Assembly (NCBI GenBank): GCA_043228905.1
Contig: JBHGNT010000016.1
Span: forward strand, 2,914,001 to 2,978,000
Reading direction: 5' to 3'
From: Azolla caroliniana
Taxonomy: Eukaryota; Plantae; Polypodiophyta
DNA length: 64,000 nt
The position numbers and the translations under genes were made by a program. Shown one piece after another: positions 52,901 through 64,000 of the stretch. Below the pieces are notes generated by a model. The model made no database searches. It saw only the letters and a program-made list of their open reading frames with translations, and was not told the DNA's origin. Within the stretch, counting starts at the first letter, position 1. Each line of letters begins with the position of its first letter.

Positions 52901-54528
52901 TTGTAAATAATATCAAGGTCAGAAGTTAAGAGAACAATTAGAAAAAAACTCGACAAATCAAGAGTTGTCAAATCTAAGTTAGTTTTATGTGGCCAAGAGT
53001 GCATATTGATTAAGATGATGATTACAAATAAGGACTATCCATTTATGTATCCCCATAGTTTGACCTAGTTTTATGCTTGCGCTCAACGGCTTAAGGTCGT
53101 GCATTTGAAGGATATGGGTCTACAACAATATGGCTTGATGTTCAATTCGTTATTAAAAAAACTCCATAATTTTAGCTTTGACATTGTACGCATTAACAAG
53201 TTGCTCTTAAAGAATGGCTTTACAACATTGACATCGAGACATTTTTCCGTGATACAAAGAATGAAAACATCCACTAGAATAGGATTCTTTTCCATAGTTC
53301 AATAATACTAAATGCAAACTTCATTTCATGTACGTTTACCATTATCTATGTAAAATCGTACAAGTAGCGAGTGGAATAAACACTATTTTTTAATACGATG
53401 AAATAAACACTAACGAACTAAATGGAATGTGAAAGCCACTCCTTATTTGCACCTTGTTTCAAATTTAATGCAACTAAATTTTGCAACGTGTGGGCTATTT
53501 CACAAAATTGCCCTTAACAAATAAATCCTCCTTGCCCTTAACAAATAAAAATTTGCCCCATCAACTGAATTGGTAAATATTAATGTCGTTTGTTTTCAGC
53601 CATTGTGTGTGAACCGCCTTGACTTTGTAAAGAAATCAACTAGTACAATGCATGTGAACCAATGCTAAAAAAATGAAACAAAGTCTGATAATACAAGGCA
53701 AACTCCATTTTTGCAAAGCGTTTGGATGATATGTGTAAGCCTTGCATTAACCATTTATAGTTCATTAAAGTGAAGACTAAAATGATTGAAGGGTAGGGGT
53801 GGTTTGATGACTTCTAATAATACGATATTTGGGATGCATGAGAACTTAGACCATTTATGGATATTTGGAATTGCCAAGGTATAGAAACCTCGACAATACG
53901 ATTAAAACACGAAGATAAGACATGACAACATGACAACCTCAAAATTATTGTCATTTTTAGATTATTGTCACACATGAGGTAGTTATGATGGAATGCATGA
54001 TTGATAGTGCAAGTATGCAATGAAGTGGGAGTTCACCAACATATGGCAAGGTTATCTATATATTTATTAATGCACGTGAATTTGGGGTTAGGGCTCAACA
54101 ACTTCATGCAATGCAATATGAACACGAACACTTGTGGGCACAAAGGAGAGTGTTGCTAGATTCATTAGACAATATATATACCAACTTGAAGATTCCTTCA
54201 TCCTCGAGAGACATGATACATAGCTAGGAAGAGATGTGCATGCCACACAACATATCGATGAGCTCAACTGGCATGCTAAAGAAAGTTCGTCAAAGCTAAT
54301 GTACTGTCGTGCCAAAAGTCATTCTAGTAAATAAGAGAGAGGGAGAGAAGGTCATTTGGTAAGGTTGTTGAATGGAAACCTGGTAATCACGGGCACAACC
54401 CCTACATTCCACAATGGCATCTAGTGAAATAAGAGATATCGATGGAGTAATAGAGGGGAAAAAATTGGGTTTCGAACCTAAGATCTAGTCCTAATAGTGT
54501 AACAACTTACCACTACGATAAGCTAATT

Positions 54529-54532
<4 letters not shown>

Positions 54533-54567
<35 letters not shown>

Positions 54568-55125
54568 AGTAAGTAAGTAAGTAAAAAATAAAAAAAAATA
54601 AAAAAAAAAGAGTAAGAAAGAGACGGTATGCGTTGAGGGGACATTGCCGATGTGTCAAAGGGAGATTGACGGATGCTAATTAGGGCATGTAACCTTTGGG
54701 GGGGTCGTTGCAGAGAGTAGACAGAAGTGTGGGCCGAATACATAAGCAGAGCAGGTTTTGAAGTGTGCAAAGGGGGCAGGTAAGGTAAGGAACCATGAGG
54801 CAATCTGACAGAGGTGCATGCACACACATGGACACCCGCCCCATGGGGGGTTCAGGAATGGGTCTCTAGGTCATTGTCTGGTGAAGAGTGGTCTTCTTCT
54901 TCTTCTTCTCTCTCTCTCTCTCTCTCTCTCTCGCACATGCACGGACAAACCCCCCGTTTGCGGGTCCGGGGTCCGGGGTTCGGGTCCGTGTCCGTGGGTG
55001 TGTGGGCATGTGGGTCTGGGCCTTTGTGAAGAGTCGTCTTCTTCTGAGTTCTCTATCGTCCACCCTTTTGCTTTTTTATTTACCCGATTTGTTTATTCTC
55101 ACTTTTGCTTAAGATTCTGCATTCC

Positions 55126-55159
<34 letters not shown>

Positions 55160-55262
55160 CTTTAATTTAATTTCTTAAAAATTTTAATTGATTAATTTCA
55201 TTATCGCCTCCCCCTCCTCTTCATTCGCCGTCTTCTTCTTCTTCTTCTTCTTCTTCTTCTTC
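54533..55262. repeat. Microsatellite cluster upstream of the E3 ligase gene: (GA)n, (GTAA)n, (TC)n, (AAT)n, (TTC)n
   Basis: Direct read at about 54533-54584, 54892-54931, 55126-55159 and 55231-55262. Confidence 0.9.
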
Positions 55263-55658
55263 TCATCGAAAGAGAAAGACACAGAAGGCAGAAGAGAAGA
55301 GCTCTCTGATCCTTTCTCCCCCATTCTATTTCGCATTTCTGTGTTCTAGGGTTTGAGATCGAGATCGAGAGCAAGAGAGGGAAACACACACACACACACA
55401 GAGGGGAATCTTTCTCCATCTGGCTCCATTTCGCGCTTTCCTGGTTCTTTTGATCTATTCTGGAATCCCTCTCTTCCTCCTTGTGAATTGTTTTTCACCG
55501 CTTTCGCCTCACGTAATTCAATCAGAAAAATACACGCATAGCACATACCCCATAACCATACTACATAGCCATACGCATGCACAGCTCATGCACCTGCACA
55601 TGCACATGTGCACGTTTTTATCTGTTGTTTTCAGGATATTTTCTTTCTTCTATCGCTC

Positions 55659-58600
55659 ATGAGGAGACTCTCTGGCTTCCATCATGATGATTATCATAAA
55701 GCTAGAAAGGAACGCCAGATCATGTCTCTTATATTCAGCAATTGTTACGATGGTGTGAAGGACGTTTCATCCAAGCTCTCTTCAAAACTGGAAAAGGGAA
55801 AGCTTTATTTTACTCAGAGTTGGTGCAACAACAAGAATTTCGGAATCTTTAAAGCTCGCCATCATCATCCATGGCACTTCAATTGGATTTTCCTTGTTGC
55901 TATGATTTTAAACTTGTGTGGGTATACGCAAGGTGTCAGGCCTCTGAAAGAGAAGACCTTGATGCTGGAGGATTACATGTGGCTCAACCAGGTAAGATAG
56001 AAATAAATAGCTAGATAAAATTGTATTATCATCCTTGAAGAGAGAAATAGTTAGATCGGTTTTATTGCCATTCTTTGGTCAAATGTGACCCTATGAGAAA
56101 AGGTTAAGGCTTGAACTTGTGACATGCTTGAAGAAAAATAATTTGTGCACCGCTTCAATGAACAGTTTGGGGGGAGAGAAATAACAATTAAGAGAGGGTA
56201 CACTTGGCTTACGAGACAAATCGTGATCCCAAATACACATAGTTTCAGGATATCTATAGTGGAAAACAAAAGCTCCAGGTTGCGTGAATATCCATGAGAA
56301 TGATCTTAATGTATGAGGTGGCTTTACCAATGGTAACGATTCTCGAAAGAGTTATACAAGCATGTAGTGCATAGCCACTTTGTATGGTATGAGTGGTGGT
56401 AATGAGGGGACATGATGTCCAGCCTCAGTTGGTGTGGTGGAGCGAGGCAACTATGAAGTACACTGACTGCATCTGGATGGCATGGGGGTGGCTCAGCCAT
56501 GCAAGCACAGATTTCGACGCAGTGGCATAGCACATGTACCAACAATGTTCATTGTGGTACCCAAATTCTTTGTACTTTGTGAATGTTTCTCTGCTTGCCC
56601 AATGGTAGCCACTTGACACGTTATTGGAGGTGTAGAAGTCTGGAAGAAGTCAACGATGTTTAGAATATAAGAGTAATATTAGAATTGATTCCTGTATTCC
56701 AGAAACCCAAAGAGGCATTGGCCAAAGTGATTTCCAGCTTTCTCCATCGATTGGCTGAGGGTGGTGTGCTCCGTGAAGAGTGGTATACTTCCCTCTGTAG
56801 GCTGGGCATTCCCACACAAAACTGTTCTGCTTTCTCAACTTCTCCTTGTCATAATTTGAAAATTCTGTCTGACCTAGGTATATAAATTGTGTGCTGTCAT
56901 TTATAGCTTGTGAATGCTATATTTGTATCCAACCGTATATATGGATAATAAATGCCCTGTGGTCCTATAACTGTCTGGGCTATAGTATTCTAGATGACAG
57001 ATTTACTTAAATCTACAGAATGCTCGAGAACATACTCAAATCAGTACAATCCATTTCAGGGAGATCTAGTTAGGTAAACAAGAACTTTAATGAGTAACCG
57101 AAGTTCTAAATGCCATAGTATAGTTTTGATTCCGATATCAAAGCAGCACACCAAAGTTATTAAGAAGGATTAAAAAAATGACGTATCTAAAAGACCATTA
57201 TACTCTATGAGATTTGACATTGTGACTGATTAACTTGTCTCCTAAAATAAAAAGCTTGGCTTATATGTATTCATGAGTAACTATTAACATTAGGGAGAGC
57301 TTTGGTCTACTTGATTATGTGCAAAGTTGTTGCCTTGGACGGAGCCATATAAACCTAGACGTTGATAATACTTTGAGTGTGCATAGAGAGAAAACTAGAA
57401 ACACTAAAACAAAGTGAACAAACCTAGCTGAACACAATCAAAACTATGACATTTCAAGGATTCAGTTGTGTACAAAAGAGAGCAAGGCGGTGAACAGGTG
57501 AAAGAGATCATACATGAATATGGAATGTAATAAACACTTGAGTTGTAAATAGGTGGCTCCATAAGTAGTTTAGACCTACTACTATAGTCACAAGGGAATG
57601 ACATTCCGACAGTATTATATTGAATACCAAGGATAAGCAATGAATATTATGATTAAGAAAAGAGTTGTTTAAGGGTGATTAATTACATCGATGGACATAA
57701 ATACCATCGGGTCTGGTACAAATCAATGGTCTCAATTTCTGAGTGACTAGGTTAAACCCAACAAGAATTCCCTCATCTATTCAATAGAGTCCTTATTACC
57801 CAATCAGGCTCGGCAAACCCAATTTCGTTAGCTAGTATTAATGACTCGTCAAATTGGTCTAGACCATCGAGTTTGTGGCCACGATTATGTGATACTAGCG
57901 TTACTATTTTATCGAGTTTGCTTCATCAGGAGGTTTGTGATTTGACTTCGAACATATATGGCTTAGTACCCAGTCCTGCCCTAGATATACTGACCTCATC
58001 ATGACAGCAGGTATGATAAGTTTGAAAATGGCTTTGTCCCTTGTCAGGTTATATGAATAGATACCTGAAACCAAAATAAGTAATTGCTATGGGAGCCAGC
58101 ACCGTTACAATAGATACATTTAGTAGTGATTCCAAAACATTGTTTGCGGGGTGGATAAGTTAATTCCTGTGGATATTTATTTGCCAAGTCATCCACCTAT
58201 TCTCAAAGCTATTATTGATCTGTATGACATATCATACCTTAGTAGTTGCGATGAATAATCCTCAAGATGCTGTGGTAGCTTGTACTTTTTCTGAAACTTA
58301 ACTCCTTAGAACCCCAGATTACTGCATGTTCCTATCTGTCACACGTCCTCATTGGTTTGTCCCACTTATCCTACCCTTAAATCATTGAAATCAGCCGTTA
58401 GAATTGGTTTTGAAGGTTATGCTTTTTAACAAGCACTTTACAATGCTTTATTTTTAGCAAACCCAGTCTTGGCTGACTATAGTCAAAGCTGAAGTAGAGT
58501 GTAGTTTGCAATAGGCATGCTGATCTTTGCTGTTTTGTTAACATGTCAAATGTTAGTTCAATACATTATTATGTCACACCAAAATTGCTGCTTCACCAAC

Positions 58601-61600
58601 CTTCTTAATTTCCCAACCAAAACTTCAAAACCTACATATGGCAGTATTTTATTAGAAAGAAACCAAACCCTGCTTTCATTTTCCACCCCTTCTTTAATCC
58701 AACATTGTGACCTTCTCAATCTTAAAAAAATGCATGCGAGTGTATGAAAATTGATCTATTACACATTTATATTATCTGTTTTATATTCTTAAAAGCATGC
58801 CTTTTCAATCTATTTCAAAGTGTGGGATGATTAAGTAATATATGCTATACTATTGGGAAATCTATTTGTTCGTTAGAGAACAACCAATACACTTTTATTA
58901 TAGATCCAGAAATAACAAAGGTTTAGATGAAGAAGTGGATCGAGGCATTAATAGTCTTTGATTACGACATATGCCTACATCCACTTAGAATTTGTTAGAA
59001 ACTCACGGATTACTACTGCAAATGGAAGAGAAACTGTTTACATTATTAGGCACTAACAAATTCGTACTATAGTAGAGAAGATTGATGTTCTCATGGGTTT
59101 TTATATCATGATATTGACTACAAAGCAATTTAATATGTCCTTGACACACCCACATCTCTGAAGGTCTATAATGGCAACTAAAAGTTTTCTAAGGCCTTAC
59201 CTTTCTGTATTTGGGTGTGGAAAATCCCTAATGAAATACATCTGAAGTGCATTTTACCTTGAGAATGAATTGGTAGATGCTTCTAATGGTCCATAAAGGT
59301 GTCCATCCATATGTATCCACCTGTACCTAAAGGATCTGTCATGTTCATTCTTTTAGTGTTGTTTGACTATACTATCTGCAGAGCTGCCTTGAGATTCTCG
59401 ATCCTTGGAACATAATATGTATGCATTTCCTGGAAATTCTGAGATTTTGCCAATCCCTGAAGCATTACTATGTAAGCTTAAATTCTTGCATTCCTCTTAG
59501 AAGGCATATGCCCTAAATCACCATATACCCTAAATCGTGCATGATAGAAAAGTCTTTATTTTGTTACGATGCTAGCAATTTGTTTTGTTTTTTTATTGAA
59601 GTGGTGAGTTGGTTTTTCCAGTGAATGTCTCATGATTGACTTTAGTGTGTGGTTTACAAGACATAACATTCTAGATGGCAAAGTTTATCATCGTGTAGGA
59701 TTATAAAAATTAACGGAGCTTATGTCATTTTCTACCTCGTATGTTTTTGACACATAGGTTGCCCCGTCCTATTCATAATTGAAATGAACACACTTCTTTC
59801 TGTAGGAAACTAGCATTGCATTTGGTGCCATTTCCTCCTCAACAACTCTTTGCCTGGAAAATAAGCCAAGAAGAACCATGGCCCACTTTTTGAAGGTTGC
59901 TCTAACTCCTGGAGTCTTCAGCCCATAGCTTTCTACTTGAACATATATGATATATGCTATATCATGTTGTAGTTTTGGTTGTTTGAGTCTTGACATTTTG
60001 ATTTCACATATGAATATAGTAAATTGTTCTGATATAGTTTATTGAAATTCTGAGTCTGGGCTGAGAGAGAAAGAAAGAGCCATTAATGTCTTTTAAGAGA
60101 TCAAAATGGCATATAAGACCAAACAAGAGATTACATCATATGATGTTGTCTTGTCTTTGAGAACAACAAACCAAAATAAAGTAAAAAGGTAAATAAAAAT
60201 AAAAGTGACTAAAGAATCCTGTTATCTATACATGTAAGATTCTCAAATCAGATATTTTTCTTTGAAAAATCTCTAGCATAGGTCGTTTTGGAATGGGGAG
60301 ATCTCTAAAGTAAGGGAAGCACCTATGATGGCAGGAGATGATGGCCTTTATTTGACGATGACAAAGGTGGTGAATGCTAAAGGCCAAGATGACAAAGGCC
60401 AAGATGCACGTGAATGCTAAATTGCTATTGCTTGATCCATTGTAACTCTTTGGAATATCTTGGTCGGGAGACCACTGCAGCCCATGATTGACTGGTACCA
60501 TGAGTAGGAGTAATGGGGCTAAAGAAAGTTGTGATTGTTAATTTGTTGATGAGCTTGTCTGGTTGTATTGTTGTCCTTCAATAACTTCTCCATGTGTCTC
60601 TTGAGTTGTAGCAAGAACAATCCCAAGCACTATTGACCTCATATTCCATTATCTTGCATAATGAGCCAAAGCCCTGGTTATAAAAGCAAGGCTATCCTCT
60701 TGTTTCATAAAAAGCAGTAGAGTCGCAAACATAGTGTTCTTTAGATTCCACCCGTTGATGACACAATTGGCAAATTCTTTCTTCCAGAGGTGTGTACATA
60801 TCTGCCTGCCTCAATCTGTAATTGATGTGAAGAGGTCAATAGCTGTCCTATTACATTGTGTAGAGCATGGTGCAGATGTATGTCCATATAAGAGGGGCTG
60901 ATGATGAATCCATCCTCTGATATGTGTGAAAATTGTGCCTTATAATGGGCCATCTTCCTACCAAGAGATGTTCTTGGTCTGTTCTATGTCCTTCCATTAT
61001 CCTATTTGATATCGTCTGTTTGGATCACTCTATTCTTTTCCACTCTGATCACGTTTCGATATATTGGAGTGCATTTATGCTTATGCCATGTGACTCAACC
61101 ATTGTTGTGTTTCAAATCAGCATACTAGCAATGATTATCTCCATGTTCAACAAGTTGTTTTGATTACGTAAGTGTAACCTTGAATACCTGTATAGGGAGC
61201 TCCCAAAGTCGTTGGATACCAATCACTGATCGGAATAATGCCTTGGTGATTATTGGGCCTGCTCCCATCTCCACTCGAATTATATCATGGGGCATCAATG
61301 CTTTGCTCCTTATCATGTGGGCAATCATTGAGACTAAAGGTCACATGAAAATCATTCCAAGTATTACCTTGTGAAGACTCTATAGAGAAGAATTGGAGTG
61401 ACGAGTAGCAAATAACCACAATTTAATGTGGCTCTCTGTACTGTATATCTACACACTGTCTTTCAAGAGCTCCAACTGCGGCATATCCATGAGAAAGTTC
61501 AGCACAGCCACCTGTAAACAGTGTGCAAGCAGTTTCCTTTCGTTATGGTGCTATTAGCTGAGGCTTTTGTATGGTGTAAATCAAGAAGTCCTGATAACAA

Positions 61601-63954
61601 AAGGGGGGAAGAGGAATAGGCATATGTTGGAAAAGCATTTCATTTAGTGTCACATTTTGGAGACATTTGTGTTCAACATTCCAAAAGTAGCTCACCCAAA
61701 ATTCGCATTTCTGTTTTTATCCCATTCAATTGCCATTCTCAGCAAGTTGGAGGGTGTTCTATTTTGTTAAGTTTGATTTGAAGTTTCCTTTAGATAAACT
61801 CTTCAGCAACTGGAACTTGAAATATCTTGGCCAGCTTGATTCTTTATCTGAAGAAATTGAATGAAAGCATATTGAGCATTTAAATGACATTACCCTGATT
61901 AAAATTTCATTAATTACTGTGTTTTCCAGCGTCTTTTTCCTGATGGCAACGAGGGTGCTGTGGGGCCTTATCCAATGTGGAACATTTCAGCCACATTTAA
62001 AGGTTTGGAACGAGACTTTCATTGATTCACTAAGGATTCAAAATTTCATCTCCATTTGATGGAGCATTATAACATTATAACATTAGAACATTAGAACATT
62101 AACATTTAGATCTTGGATTACAATGATGAGCATGTCTCTAATATAATCTTAACAGGTACATGGAAGGTTCATAACTATCGAAATGGGTCGTTGAAACTTC
62201 CAAAATTTGAGAAGACATCGGGAAATGCTGTTGTTGAGCTAATAAGCTCCCCTTCAAAAATCACCGGTGTACATTATGTCCAAGTTGAGCTCAAAATCTG
62301 TATACTTCTTAGAATGAAGTCAAGGAAAGATTTAAGAGACTGAATTGGTTAGATTTTAATGATTTTGAATTAAACATAGGGCGAGGTGTTACTACACGAT
62401 GGAATACATGTAGAAGGAAATGACTTTGAAGCAATTCAAATAAAGATGGAAGGAGTTTATGTGTGGCCATTCAGACAACTTCGAATGGTTGTTAGTGGGT
62501 AAGTGTAGCATGGAGAAAGTGGCTTTGTTAAGTAGCTTCATCAAAATCTCAAAAATGAATGCTTGGTATTCTTGTGCAGCCCGTATGATCCAGAAACAAG
62601 AAATGGTGATGAGTTTTTGCAATCCAACCCTTATCATCTGGTAAAGAGGTTGAAGTATTTAATGTATCTAAAACGCTTCAAATGTCATCAGGCATTAATA
62701 AGTGCAAATTTTGAGTCAGCATGTATGAGTTTTGTTGGGGCTATAGATCATTGAAATTTCCAAATGAACTTATTTGGAATATGGAGTTCCTGGACCATAT
62801 GATGTTAACAAGTGGTTTTGTATATGATTTTGTGACACAAAGAAGACTGTAAACATCAAGAGAAAGAAATGAACATTTTGTTTTGGCTGTATTGGTAGGA
62901 GGACAAAGAAGACTGTAAACTTCATAATTGGGATTTTGAAAAAAATCATTCATTCTTGAAATCATATACAGCTTGTATCTTAACTTTTTGTAGAGCAAGT
63001 ACAGATGGAAGCTTTGTCTAGGAAATTCCTACATTATGTTGTCTCCATGTGGTCTCCTATATTAATAGTGCATTGCACAGTTATGTTGCATTAATGGAGA
63101 TACATTGTATTAAGGCAGATGTATCAAAGTAATATTTATGGTCTACATGATCTGAGAGGATAATGTATTAACTGTCTTGTACCCTTGGATGCAGCTTGGA
63201 ATTTTTTCGTCTCAAGTTCTCCAAGAATCTCCCAGAGATCGAATACGGAGAAAGGCAAAGAATGGTATGAGCCTGCAAGTGATCATTTTTCATCTCTGCC
63301 ATTGATGTGTTTTTGGTAGATTGACTTAAATTATTTCTATTTTTGGAAGCTTTCATGTTAAATATGTCCTCCAGAATTTATTCAGAGAGATTCTGTGCTT
63401 TATTCGCAGCTCAGATTGTAACTTTGGATAAGGATTGCAAAGTCCAAATGGCGGCTCACATTTCTCAGGTCTTCTCTGACTATAAGAGTAATCTCTCCTC
63501 CTTCTCCCTTATGATGATAGAACTGCATTTAGTCTTCTGAGATTTATATGGTCTGGCTACTTTGAATGATTTCTTCACCATAATGGAAATCAGTCAGATT
63601 GATTCTGATGGCATTAGCTGCCACTGGCAATCCACCAAAAACCTACACATAGATTCATTTGTGCATAACAAGAGAATCAGTCGGGAAATTCTATAATCTT
63701 TAGTACTTGGGGAATGCTTTGATTATAGTAGCTTTCACTTTTCTAGCTTGTTTTTATGAATTTATGAAGTAATACCCTATTAATGTTCAGGCTCTGAGCG
63801 TGATCATCAAGCTTACCGAATGCAAGGACTGGTGGAAAGTGCTACAATTGAGAGTGACGATGCCTGCTTTTCATCGTTAATCTTAAATACTACTTCCGTC
63901 AATGTAGAAATTTACTATAATAAAGCTGTGAATTATACACTGGTGGTGACATTT
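55659..63954 (+). CDS. FLY1: Transmembrane RING E3 ubiquitin ligase, FLY1/FLY2 (TUL1/DSC1) homolog, 5' part; continues beyond the window
   Basis: Exons 55659-55991 (start codon uncertain), 61930-62002, 62156-62283, 62380-62498, 62580-62640, 63195-63264, 63410-63487 and 63791-63954. Peptides GVRPLKEK, KITGVHYVQ, EGVYVWPFRQLRMV, SNPYHLLGIFSSQVLQESPRDR and TSVNVEIYYNKAVNYTLVVTF match Arabidopsis FLY1 as recalled. Confidence 0.9.
60500..61380 (-). mobile_element. Degenerate LINE 3' portion inside the 5.9-kb first intron
   Basis: LLTSSHQLQIEAGRY followed, after a frameshift, by RICQLCHQRVESKEHYVC. These are C-terminal motifs of RTE/L2-like LINE ORF2. Confidence 0.65.
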
Positions 63955-64000
63955 GTATCCTCAGTTTATACATCCTTACAAAGAAAGCTAGTTTTTGCCT

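Noticed and set aside
52300-53400. Coding-like fragments between MCM6 and the E3 ligase gene
   Set aside because: Possibly a decayed transposon, but no motif could be identified with confidence.
56300-56860. Possible additional LINE scraps in the first intron (FVWECPAY-like motif)
   Set aside because: Too degenerate to define orientation or boundaries.

Overview
Land-plant nuclear genomic DNA; a fern or other non-seed plant is my inference from the gene and TE styles, not demonstrated. Five host genes can be reconstructed. On the - strand: a BURP-domain gene, a CCDC47/DUF1682 ER membrane protein (3 exons) and chloroplast IscA (3 exons). On the + strand: MCM6 (18 coding exons, with three E2F sites in its promoter) and a FLY1/TUL1-type transmembrane RING E3 ligase that runs off the window end. 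Between them lie LINE remnants, a decayed copia, a solo LTR, a hAT-like end and two LTR-bounded Ty1/copia elements. The most striking object is a very young 5.7-kb LTR element (31195-36875, -) nested in the RNase H region of one copia, which itself splits a LINE. It has 681-bp LTRs differing at one visible base, an 18-nt tRNA-Trp primer site, a 4-bp TSD and no pol. Its single frame encodes a Gag-like head fused to about 1000 aa of alternating A/B acidic repeats. The host copia also carries an unusual in-frame tail of about 234 codons after RNase H, bracketed by two PPT-like motifs. All alignments and counts were done by eye; no database searches were run.
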